Assembly (NCBI GenBank): GCA_963777155.1
Contig: CAVZPM010000036.1
Location: 76,483-140,482, forward strand
Source: Candidatus Bathyarchaeota archaeon
GTDB taxonomy: Archaea > Thermoproteota > Bathyarchaeia > Bathyarchaeales > Bathycorpusculaceae
Length of the DNA stretch: 64,000 nucleotides
Direction: 5' to 3'
Positions within the stretch are counted from its first letter, which is position 1. Each line of letters opens with the position of its first letter. The translations under genes were made by a program, and so were the position numbers. The notes under the pieces were generated by a model. The model ran no database searches, was not told where the DNA came from, and worked only from the letters and a program-made list of their open reading frames with translations. Shown here piece after piece: positions 44,520-53,733 of the stretch.

Positions 44520-45185
44520 ATGATGAAAAAACTGATTAAAGGAACTATTTTGACGTTGTCTCTTGCATTCATTGTTGCATCTGCTTGCTTTGCACCAGCT
44601 TTTGCCTCAGTGACATACTACCAACATACTAATTTATCCGGAGAAGTGATTATCGACATAGGGGACCACCAACCACCAATTAGGGTATCAGTTGTGCATC
44701 TTGACCGAGGCGATCACGGGGTCGCAGATTTTCTTGAAGTCTCGACATACCAATTTATTCCTCCGCTCGGCAGATCCGTTTGGGCGTCAGTTGCTGTTGT
44801 AACCGATTCCCCTTCAATGGCCGCTTTTTTCAAGGATTTTATCTTTAAGGGTCTTCCCGGTACACCCGTAACTATTTTGTTGGTCAATCACTGTCAGCTT
44901 CAGTTGTCAAGAGTATGCAAAACTGTCTTTGCCTACTGGACTGAATCGATAGCAACACCCACGGTAACGCTACCTCCAGGATGCTTGATGTTCAGAGGAT
45001 ACGGCTCTGCCCAAACTGACCACAAGGTGGAAAACTTGCCAAATGGCGTGACGATAACCTTTGACAGGGTGGGTTACGATGCGCACGCAACCTTTGTTTG
45101 TCCAGCGTGGAAGTACTGTGGACCTGTCGGAGACGAAACCACAACAATGTACGTCGCTGAGGATACGTGGATAAGCCACGCTTAA
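44520..45185 (+). CDS. Secreted protein homologous to the C-terminal domain of the neighbouring TrmB regulator
   Basis: Signal peptide ending APAFA; shared motifs FAxWT, LPPxC, GYG, DAxxTF and KYxGP. Confidence 0.85.
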   Translation: MMKKLIKGTILTLSLAFIVASACFAPAFASVTYYQHTNLSGEVIIDIGDHQPPIRVSVVHLDRGDHGVADFLEVSTYQFIPPLGRSVWASVAVVTDSPSMAAFFKDFIFKGLPGTPVTILLVNHCQLQLSRVCKTVFAYWTESIATPTVTLPPGCLMFRGYGSAQTDHKVENLPNGVTITFDRVGYDAHATFVCPAWKYCGPVGDETTTMYVAEDTWISHA

Positions 45186-45282
45186 TCCCCCCGAAGAAAA
45201 CGTTCGCCATTAACCTTCCCTCTTTTTCTTTAGAATAATTAATCCAGTTAATTGGACATGCGGGTGAAGAGATGGTGATTGA

Positions 45283-45633
45283 TTGAGCCTTGAACGCATG
45301 CTAGATATACTAGCGAGTTTAGGGCTCACACAAAGGGATGCCCAAGTCTACATTTACCTCGCCAAAAAAGGTCCTCATGGAGAAATGGACCTTATCAATA
45401 CCATGAGACTAACTAAGCAGCAACTTCACATCAGCCTAAGAAATCTGGAAGCCAAAGGAATGGTAATCGCTTCTTTGGAACCTTTAATTCAGTTCTCCGC
45501 CATCTCGCTTGAAAAAGTTATTGACCGATTTATGAAAGCAAGGGAAGAGCAAGCGAAAGCTTTGCAGGCAAGCAGAAAGGAGCTTCTTTCAAGTTGGCGT
45601 TCGATGATGAAAAATGATACTGCCACCAGTTGA
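45283..45633 (+). CDS. Stand-alone TrmB wHTH + coiled-coil protein
   Basis: LGLTQRDAQVYIYLAKKG...; colinear with the first ~110 aa of the long regulator. Confidence 0.88.
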   Translation: MSLERMLDILASLGLTQRDAQVYIYLAKKGPHGEMDLINTMRLTKQQLHISLRNLEAKGMVIASLEPLIQFSAISLEKVIDRFMKAREEQAKALQASRKELLSSWRSMMKNDTATS

Positions 45634-45719
45634 AACAAAGCTCCTTAACAAGTTGAAATTCGCAGTTTAAATCATTCGAGTAAGCACTATATACTATCTG
45701 ATTCAATAGAAGGCAAGAC

Positions 45720-46937
45720 ATGACAGTAACACCGTCTGTCGGGCAGTCCTCATCGAAAATGATACTTGTCGTGGCACTGCTTGTCGCAGTTTTTGCAGCT
45801 GCCGTTGTAGACGTTGTGATTCCCATCAACATTGTAGACATAGCAAAAACGTTCAGCATTCTCCCTGGAACAGTATCCCAACTTGATTCCATAATCGCCC
45901 TCGCCGCAGTAACCACTGCGCTGTTGCTGGGTGCTTTCGGCGCAAGATTCAGTTACAAATCCCTTGTAATGATAGGTATATTGTTTATTGCAGCCTATGC
46001 TATCGGGTTTTTCTTAGCTCCAACTTTTCCGATAACTCAACTCATTGTTCCATTAAATGGCATAGGGTCAGTCTTGATAGTTGTGACGGCTCAAACGTTT
46101 ATAGGAAACTCTTATCCGTTGGACAAAAAGGCTAAAGCAATCGGTTGGATTTCAGCAGCTGGAACGCTGGCAAATGCAGTTGGAGCTCCAATAATCGGCT
46201 TTATGACGGTTATCGGAGGATGGCGCTCTGCCCTTGTGTGGTTTATGCTGCCTACTGCGGTTGTCAGCCTGATTTTTGTGTTCCTAGTTTTCCGATTTAA
46301 TCTGCCTGAACCGCAGCCGAACGCTAAGAAAGCGCCTTTCATGGATGGCTTCAAGCAGATTCTTACCAGCAAATCAGCCATCGCCTGTTTAGTCAGCGCT
46401 TTTCTTGTCAATGGTTCTGTTTTCGGGGGCAATGTCTTCGAGGTAACGTTATACAGACAAATATTCTTGGTGTCGCCCGGTTTTGCAACGTTGATTGGGC
46501 CGACAGCAGGCATTGCGCTTATTGCTGCGGGGGCTGTGATTGGTGGTCACACGGTTAATCGCGTGGGACGGAAACGCTTGACTGTGATCGCTTCTTTCTT
46601 GGCAGGAGTGTTCATGTTGGTTTCTTATTTTGTTCCAGATTTATGGATGCGTGTAGCACTGCGTTGGACTGCCTCGTTTATCGGCGGCGTTTCGTTAGCT
46701 GCGTTTGCCAACTTGATGATTGAACAAGTTCCGCTTTTTAGGGGGACTGTGATGTCGCTGTCCTCAGCTTTTAGCGGTGTGGGTGCTGCTGTTGGTATCA
46801 GCGTCGCAGGAGTAGTGATCAACCTCTACCTTAACCCATCGGTAGGTTTCCAAGCGTTAGGGTTAACGATGGGCACCTTCGCTATCGTCTCTGTGCTTTT
46901 CATGCTTTTCTTGGCGAAAGACCCAACCAAAACCTGA
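45720..46937 (+). CDS. MFS transporter
   Basis: About 12 TM helices; G..GARFSYK and NRVGRKR loop motifs. Confidence 0.92.
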   Translation: MTVTPSVGQSSSKMILVVALLVAVFAAAVVDVVIPINIVDIAKTFSILPGTVSQLDSIIALAAVTTALLLGAFGARFSYKSLVMIGILFIAAYAIGFFLAPTFPITQLIVPLNGIGSVLIVVTAQTFIGNSYPLDKKAKAIGWISAAGTLANAVGAPIIGFMTVIGGWRSALVWFMLPTAVVSLIFVFLVFRFNLPEPQPNAKKAPFMDGFKQILTSKSAIACLVSAFLVNGSVFGGNVFEVTLYRQIFLVSPGFATLIGPTAGIALIAAGAVIGGHTVNRVGRKRLTVIASFLAGVFMLVSYFVPDLWMRVALRWTASFIGGVSLAAFANLMIEQVPLFRGTVMSLSSAFSGVGAAVGISVAGVVINLYLNPSVGFQALGLTMGTFAIVSVLFMLFLAKDPTKT

Positions 46938-47157
46938 ACAGAATATAGCTGGCAGCAAAAATAATCCTAATGGAGAAAACTAATCTGTTTTCAACACACA
47001 AAGTGAGGGTTGGGTTGCACGTCCCTAAACTTATTTGTGTTCAAAACCTGTCACAAGAAAGAAATTAATCGTGTTTCAAACGAGATTAACAACTGAACAA
47101 CAAAAAGAAAAACAAAAATTAGACGAGAAAACAAGAACATTCACCATCCTGCCAAGC

Positions 47158-47259
47158 CAATGGGAAATTCACCTAGACCAAGAATGGCGTCAACGATGGA
47201 TAAAAGATGCAGAGAAATGGCAAGATAAAATACCAGAGACAAAAGAATTCCTAAAAAAA
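47158..47259 (+). repeat. Gene-end fragment repeated at 48217-48285 and 59544-59647
   Basis: All three copies encode (QEWR)QRWIxxxEKxQDKxPxxxEFLKK. Confidence 0.85.
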
Positions 47260-47304
47260 TTGGCTTGGATACTTTTCCTGATGAATAAGAATTGTTAATA
47301 TACC

Positions 47305-47838
47305 TTAAAGATTTTTGAGGTAGTCAATTATTTTTAAGTAATCTTCAGCCGAAACGTACCAGCCGCTGTCGCGCATTTCTTTAACTTTCTCTATTAGCTT
47401 TTCCTTGTCGATTTTTCCAGTTGCATAGATTTTGCCCAAGATGTATCCGGTTCCGTGGAGTTCTATTCCCAGAATCCTTGCAACGGATCTGGCGACTTTA
47501 TCGTCAGCTACAGCTACACCATTTAGCTCCTTTGTTAAGCAGAGAATCTCGGCTTCTGCCTCATGTAATGGTTGCATTTCATTTACTGCAGCCATTTCCT
47601 TCACATATTTAAGGTATCCTTTGTTGCTGATGTTGTGAACCTTGATTATTTCTTTTTCGAATAATGTTTCTAAAAGCGACGATTCCGGAGCTCTTTTCCT
47701 TTTGCCTTCGTGGACTACTTCTTCAAACACGCTTGCCGTAGTAAATTTTGGTTGGATAATTTCTTTTAGAAACTCTGCTAAAGAAGACCTTGTCAAGTAA
47801 ATTAGAGGGGTTGAGTCGAAGACCAGCGGTTTAGGCAT
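47305..47838 (-). CDS. PIN-like DUF3368 toxin
   Basis: VFDSTPLIYL, EAEAE and ADDKVAR..A...GI..HGT motifs. Confidence 0.88.
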   Translation of the reverse strand: MPKPLVFDSTPLIYLTRSSLAEFLKEIIQPKFTTASVFEEVVHEGKRKRAPESSLLETLFEKEIIKVHNISNKGYLKYVKEMAAVNEMQPLHEAEAEILCLTKELNGVAVADDKVARSVARILGIELHGTGYILGKIYATGKIDKEKLIEKVKEMRDSGWYVSAEDYLKIIDYLKNL

Positions 47839-48155
47839 TATTGTTCCTTCAAAGCTTTTTCGAAGTCTTCGCGGAAGTCCTCATACGACTACTGGAAAGA
47901 AATTTTTCTTTGCCTCACTATCTCCATCATTTCCCAGAGGGATAAACCTGCGATCTTTGAAGCTTTCCACAGGGTTACTTTTCCGCCACTATAGAGCGCT
48001 AATGCCCTTTCGAGTTTCCTGTCTGCAATTGCCTTTGCTAAGAGTTTTCTGACCACAGTGGCACGGTCTGACTTTTCTTCTTTTTCGATTTCTTCAATGT
48101 CTTTAGCCATGTCTTCAGGAACTCGTGTTGAGACTATTTCGGTCATTGCTTTCAC
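47838..48155 (-). CDS. UPF0175/RHH antitoxin with in-frame TAG at 47889-47891
   Basis: The frame continues SFQ*SYEDFREDFEKALKEQ to a TAA that overlaps the toxin ATG. Confidence 0.8.
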
Positions 48156-48487
48156 TGTTTACAATAACACGTATACGATACGTATAAATGTTTACGGCAA
48201 GGAAACAACCAAATACCAACGCTGGATAAGTGATACAGAGAAGCGGCAAGACAAGAGACCAGGAACAAGAGAGTTCCTAAAAAAGCCAATTCCAAAACGA
48301 GCCACTTTGAAAAATAAATTTTTCAAAATCACTGTGTGATATGATCAACCCAACATTCACAGTTGGTTGTTCCAGATGCGGCTTGAATGTACTTAAGAGA
48401 TGTTAATCTGGTTCCTGCATATGTTGCTGTCAGGACGCAATCACATATGTTTAAGAAAAAGAGGTTGACTAACGTTTTCTGATTAGT

Positions 48488-48718
48488 ATGGCGGAACCAG
48501 ACTTACCCTACATCAAACCGGTACCTGAAATCCCCCCAGAAACCGATGAAGTACTGTCTCCCTCACCAGACGTAAAGAACCCGTTACCTAACCATGAACC
48601 AATCGAAAAGATGGAGACGGGAGCTCTCGATTGTCCAATCTGTGGAAGATCCTTCAAAACCAAGGTTGATCTTGATTTGCACATAATAATGGAGCACAAG
48701 CAAACAAAGAAAGCCTAA
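48488..48718 (+). CDS. Small C2H2 zinc-finger protein
   Basis: CPICGRSF...L..H...EH. Confidence 0.8.
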   Translation: MAEPDLPYIKPVPEIPPETDEVLSPSPDVKNPLPNHEPIEKMETGALDCPICGRSFKTKVDLDLHIIMEHKQTKKA

Positions 48719-48867
48719 GAAGCGCTCGCTTATGGAGAGTTGGCTCCTGAAAGCATGGCACAGCTGTCCAAAGTTGGCCTTTGCTTCCTCCCGGTGCACC
48801 TGTTGTTGGATCCTAGCCCCAATTTACCAGTAAAAACCTGTCACCTCAAGCAGTAGGATAGCTCAAG

Positions 48868-49311
48868 TTAGAGCTCAACGAAGGGGTTTTGTACCTTAAT
48901 GAATCCATATTTATTGAAGTCTCTCACATTTTCAGTATAAATAACGTCTATCTTGTTTACCTTAGCAGAAACAGCCAAGATGCAATCAAAGATACTGGAG
49001 CCCGATAAACTCTTGCTCTTAACGAGGTTGAAGACTTCTCTAGGCACTAACTCGGAAGAAGCGATTTTCTCAATTTCGCCACATTCCCACAGATCCAGGC
49101 ATAACTCAGCGGCTCTATCCGGCGGCAAGGGCAATTCGACCCTCTTAGCGTTGGTAATGACCGCAAAAAACTCGAAAAGCACTTGCTGAGCAATACACGC
49201 TTGTATCTCCCCCGCCATCGCTCTCTCCATTATATTTCTGGCAACCTTTTGGCGAGGGGACGCCTGGTTGTAAGCATGCACTAGAATGTTCGTATCAAGT
49301 AATATCTTCAT
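48868..49311 (-). CDS. vapC: PIN-domain toxin
   Basis: LLDTNILV, FEF, FDCILA and TENVRDF motifs. Confidence 0.9.
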   Translation of the reverse strand: MKILLDTNILVHAYNQASPRQKVARNIMERAMAGEIQACIAQQVLFEFFAVITNAKRVELPLPPDRAAELCLDLWECGEIEKIASSELVPREVFNLVKSKSLSGSSIFDCILAVSAKVNKIDVIYTENVRDFNKYGFIKVQNPFVEL

Positions 49312-49537
49312 AAATCTCTTCTCTAGAAAGGCGCCCTTTTATCCGGCCAAGATTAGGCGGGTTTTCGAGCATTTCACGTGCTAACTTTGCCTTATGGCAT
49401 CCTCGGACTACACTCAGTTTAGCAACTCCTTTTTCTACAACTTCAATGTGTAGTACATCGCCATCTACTAGACCAAGCTTTTCTCTAACTCCTTTGGGTA
49501 AGTAGACTTTGTCCTCGTAGTAAGTAGTTTCAGCCAT
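49295..49537 (-). CDS. AbrB/MazE-type antitoxin
   Basis: KVYLPKGVREKLGLVDGD; overlaps the toxin start. Confidence 0.85.
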   Translation of the reverse strand: MAETTYYEDKVYLPKGVREKLGLVDGDVLHIEVVEKGVAKLSVVRGCHKAKLAREMLENPPNLGRIKGRLSREEIYEDIT

Positions 49538-49851
49538 ATCAACACTGGTTACCCAATGAATTGGGCAAAATATAAACTTTGCCAACACTATTCTTTCCAT
49601 GCCAGTCAGGTTTTTGAGGCTTTTAAGACGCATGAAAAATGCTTAAACTTAGGACGAAAACGGAACCAAAGGCTTAGCGCCGGGAGGGGATCCAAGCACC
49701 AATTTGCCAATACTCTATGTTTTGGCGACTGGATGAGATGATTGTAGCTTTCGATCTTTGCGGCATTCAGCTAGCAGACTATCCGTGATTTAAGACAGAA
49801 TTTGCGGGTAGATTTATTTGTATGTATGTATACATTATGTATTGGTAATAA

Positions 49852-50079
49852 ATGGCGCGACAGATTTCAGTGTCAAACGAAGTTTATGAGCTTCTCTTGA
49901 AACGAAAAGGTAAGAAGAGTTTTTCACAGGTAATCAAAGAAAATCTCTGCCCAAAGGAAGATAAAGTAGACATCATGAGCTTGGCCGGTATCTTAAGGGA
50001 TGATAAGCCGGCGCTTGAGCGATTAAAGGAGCAGATAGCCGCCGAAAGGGAAGCAAATTACGGAAGGATATTTGAGTGA
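49852..50079 (+). CDS. vapB: Archaeal VapB-type antitoxin
   Basis: ISVSNEVYELL...SFSQVI; GTGA overlap with the PIN gene. Confidence 0.85.
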   Translation: MARQISVSNEVYELLLKRKGKKSFSQVIKENLCPKEDKVDIMSLAGILRDDKPALERLKEQIAAEREANYGRIFE

Positions 50080-50451
50080 CATTTCTCGATACGAGTGTCA
50101 TAATAGATTTTTTAGCTGGCGACCAGAAGATTATATCGATAGTGAAAGAAATCTTGAATAAAGAAGAGGTCAAAACCACAACCATAACTGAGTATGAGTT
50201 GCTAAGATACAAGAACAAAATAGGGAAACAAGCTGCTGAAAGATTTCTATCCGGCGTCGATCGTTTGCTCTTTCGACAGAGATGCCGCCAAACAAGCCGC
50301 CAGACTTTTTAAAGAGCTACAAGATGCCGGAAAAATGATTAACGAGAATGATTTGCTTATTGCGGGCATTTCACTGTCACATGATGAGGTCTTACTGACA
50401 AGAGACCAAAAGCTTGCTAGTATTGGCAAAGACAAAATTAGAACTGTCTGA
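50076..50451 (+). pseudogene. vapC: PIN toxin with +1 frameshift near 50258
   Basis: FLDTSVIID...; the shifted frame continues FDRDAAKQAA...DLLIAG...LTRD to TGA at 50451. Confidence 0.85.
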
Positions 50452-50760
50452 GGACGCCTATTTCAGGTCTGTGAAATGAGTATGCTGGTTGCAATCGTGA
50501 TCGCCCTAGGCGCATGTGATTTTGAGAACATAATCAGCATACAAAACTCAAATCATTGTAGCCTTTGTGATGGCAAAGGGATTTAGATACTGTTAAGTTA
50601 ATGACCAAAGATGCTTTGCCCGTAAATTGGGGCCGGGAGGGGAATAATAGCACCAATTTATCAGAAAAAAGCCCTTTCATTTTTTAATTGAACTTGTCAG
50701 TGTTTCGTTGGGTGTTAGAACGTGAAAACTTTAAGTCTTACATTGTGTCTTACGTAATGT

Positions 50761-50985
50761 ATGACAATGAAGACGGTAAGCGTTAGAATATCAGAAGAAG
50801 AAAAACGTCAATTAACAAAATATGGTAAACTATCAGACACATTAAGGGAAGGCATGAAGCTCTACCTAAACAAAAAGAAAACAGACGAGCTGCTACGCAA
50901 ATTGGAAAAACTGCAATCCGAAAACCAAATAAAAACCTCAAGTGAGGAAGAAGTGAAACTGATTCGAGAGGATAGAGAACGCTGA
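50761..50985 (+). CDS. RHH-type antitoxin
   Basis: TVSVRISEE...LIREDRER. Confidence 0.8.
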   Translation: MTMKTVSVRISEEEKRQLTKYGKLSDTLREGMKLYLNKKKTDELLRKLEKLQSENQIKTSSEEEVKLIREDRER

Positions 50986-51365
50986 TAGTCGCCGACAGCA
51001 GCTTCATAGTTGAAGGCCTCCTTAAGAATAAGGAACTACTTGCGAATGAACAGATCGTGGCACCTGAGTTAGCTGTCTACGAAGTTACAAACGCCATATG
51101 GAAGCATGAACATCTTCTGAAAGACATAGAAAACGGCAAACCATACGTATCAATTTTCTACGGTCTAGTAGAAGCTGGGAAAATAAAGATCCTAACCCCA
51201 AACGAAGAGCTAATGCAACAATCATACTCAATCGCAAAAAGACAAGGAATTACAGTATACGATGCAGTTTTTGTTTCTCTAGCAACTAAATTAGGATTGA
51301 CTTTAAAAAGTTACGACAGAGTTCAAATTCGAGCTCTAAAATCTGAGAACAGCATCCGTCAATAA
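50982..51365 (+). CDS. vapC: PIN toxin, apparent CTG start overlapping the antitoxin TGA
   Basis: (L/M)IVADSS, YEVTNAIWK, YDAVFV and SYD motifs; in-frame TAG at 50973 bounds the frame. Confidence 0.8.
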   Translation: MIVADSSFIVEGLLKNKELLANEQIVAPELAVYEVTNAIWKHEHLLKDIENGKPYVSIFYGLVEAGKIKILTPNEELMQQSYSIAKRQGITVYDAVFVSLATKLGLTLKSYDRVQIRALKSENSIRQ

Positions 51366-51505
51366 CTTAGCACCGCAGAGGCCAACCACCCAAGGCGCAC
51401 GAATTTCTTGATTTCTCACACGACCTCAACACACAACCAATGAAATTGTCGAAAAAGTGTGTTTTTGTAGCAAAGTTTTATAGTATCTTTTTCTACTTGT
51501 AATCA

Positions 51506-51793
51506 ATGGTGAAGAAGTTGGCTGTAGCCGTAAAAATTGAGGAAGGAAAAAAAGCAAAAGTAGACCGCTTTCTAGCTTCACTTATACTCCAAGAAAACCT
51601 AAAGATAACCATGCAAGAAGCCGTGGGCATAATGATCGATTACGCGCTTGAAAATGAAGAGGAAATCATAAAGAAATTCAAAGAATTGCCGGCGCTCGAG
51701 GAAGACCCTGCGTGGAAAATGCTTGACAACCCAAAACATTGGGGAATAAAAGACGCGTCAAAAAATATTGATGAATTTGTTTACGGTTGCTGA
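51506..51793 (+). CDS. Putative antitoxin
   Basis: Ends DASKNIDEFVYG; lies directly upstream of a PIN gene. Confidence 0.75.
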   Translation: MVKKLAVAVKIEEGKKAKVDRFLASLILQENLKITMQEAVGIMIDYALENEEEIIKKFKELPALEEDPAWKMLDNPKHWGIKDASKNIDEFVYGC

Positions 51794-51798
51794 ATTAG

Positions 51799-52206
51799 AT
51801 GGGAGTTTTTGTTGACACAGGGATTTTTGTAGCTTTGCATAATGCAGATGACGAATTTCATTCAAAAAGTAAAGATTTAATCAAGTGTGCTTTGAAGGGC
51901 GATTTCGGTCGAATATTCACTTCTGATTACATCATAGATGAGGCCATAACTACAGCTTTGGTAAGAACAAAGAGGCATGACTTAGCCGTTGATTTAGGAA
52001 AACACATCATTGATTCTCCAAGAATCACAAAATTAATGATTGGAGAAGATTCCTTCAAGCAAGCATGGGAGAAGTTTAAAGTGTTTAAGGACAAAACTTT
52101 AAGCTTTACAGATTGCACTTCCATTGCTCTTATCGAAATGAGAGGCATTAAGCACATCATGAGTTTTGACTGCGGTTTTGATGGGTTAGTTTCCAGAATT
52201 CATTAG
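51799..52206 (+). CDS. vapC: PIN-domain toxin
   Basis: FVDTG, IIDE, SFTDC and SFD motifs. Confidence 0.92.
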   Translation: MGVFVDTGIFVALHNADDEFHSKSKDLIKCALKGDFGRIFTSDYIIDEAITTALVRTKRHDLAVDLGKHIIDSPRITKLMIGEDSFKQAWEKFKVFKDKTLSFTDCTSIALIEMRGIKHIMSFDCGFDGLVSRIH

Positions 52207-52244
52207 GAAACCAGGTTTTTCAGCTAATGCTCGTTAAAATTTCG

Positions 52245-52297
52245 TCTTCATTGGGAAAATAGTGTTGCAAACGTTCGAACGGCGACATGCTTTTTAG
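52245..52297 (-). pseudogene. 3' fragment of a PIN gene matching 59984-60037
   Basis: Shares AGTGTTGCAAACGTTCGAAC and flanks, including the stop codon. Confidence 0.75.
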
Positions 52298-52849
52298 GAT
52301 TTCCTCATCATAAGCATGAGGGTAAGAAAGTGATTGAATCAGAAAACATGACGGTTGAAAATGTTTTACAAGAGCTTAAGTTAATAATGAAATAAGTAGA
52401 AAAACCAAATGTGTCTTGCGTATTTTTGAGCTGTTGTTTCGGGTCAGGAATAGAAACAAGCAAGAGACAAACCGTCTGTACCCATGATTTAAATGAGGGA
52501 CGCACAAAGACATTAGCGTGTAGCATCAATGTAACCACGCAATTAGGCTGGTGATATTGCGTGTTTGAATATTTCTAAAGAAAAAATCACCAAACTTGGG
52601 CAATTTTACTTTTTATTAAATTATACAAAGTACAATGATTTATTGATAGTTACTTTGAAGTTACGATGGCATTTTGTGCAGTCATAATCTTGAACCGTAA
52701 AGAGGACATTTCAAAACTACTGTGACTTTTAGGATATGTTTTGGTTTTAACGTTTTTGATAACGAGCGCTAAGTAACAGATCAGTAACGCGCTCTCTGAC
52801 GATAAAACCTTTATTGCTGCAATTACAATATTTTTTTGGTTGTTGTTGA

Positions 52850-53125
52850 ATGCAAGAAGCATATATTCTGATTAACGTTGAATTAGGATGTGAGGAACAA
52901 GTCCGAAGAGATTTGAAAAAAGTTGAAGGAGTTAAAGAAGTATATACCTCCTATGGAGTCTACGACTTTATTGTTAAAGCTGCTAGTGAATCCGCAGGTC
53001 ATTTAGAGAAACTCGTGTTTGATAATTTGAGAAAAATCACGAATGTTAGGTCAACACTTACTCTAATAGTCTCTGAAGATAATACTGCCAGGCATAAGAC
53101 TACGGAAAACAGGCATAACTGTTAG
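52850..53125 (+). CDS. Lrp/AsnC ligand-binding (RAM) domain protein
   Basis: AYILINVELG...GVYDFIVK...VRSTLTL. Confidence 0.88.
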   Translation: MQEAYILINVELGCEEQVRRDLKKVEGVKEVYTSYGVYDFIVKAASESAGHLEKLVFDNLRKITNVRSTLTLIVSEDNTARHKTTENRHNC

Positions 53126-53733
53126 AGACTGATTTAATTCATTCTAAAGGTTAAGGGCTGCAAGTTTTTTTCGAGAGGGCGGAGATTGACAAATAATCTT
53201 CCAACTCCGAATTTTTCAATCTCACAAGATGCTAATTTTTCATTAAGCGATTTAAGCGGAATTCAACAGGCATTTACCCAGCAATTGCGATGAATGCGGA
53301 AACCAGATCGAAGCAGGCAACATCTACTACACCAGACGTCACGGGCTAACGGTACGCTCCAGCTTTTAAGCGTACAACAACCCATCTCTGCCCAGTATAC
53401 AATGAGGCAAAGTTTTGTTAAAATCTGGAAAGTACGACAAAAACAAAGGTTACCTAAGCAATAGGCCAACTGTAAGCATCCCTTTGAAAGAGGCGAGTCT
53501 TTCTCTGTTTATTAGTTCTCCACTTTAAGCCTTCATCTCTGCAAAGAATGCCATGAGGCAAAATTGATTCGGTAACAAATCAATTCTTCATCAATTAGTC
53601 GATCGGAAGTGTGTATGATTGCGTGTCAGTAAGTAAGATCTGGAGTAAGAACAGGTTTTTGCAGGCATAATTAAGAATAATTTTTGAACCTCCTCGATAA
53701 TAATGTCGCAGTTGCCAAAGCTAAAGGTCATTC

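Noticed and set aside
47035-47298. 87-aa ORF as an intact gene
   Set aside because: Looks like a gene tail repeated elsewhere, with a chance start codon.
47889-47891. Genome-wide TAG recoding
   Set aside because: Several genes end naturally at TAG (for example 8672, 10403, 14796), and no pyl genes are in the window.
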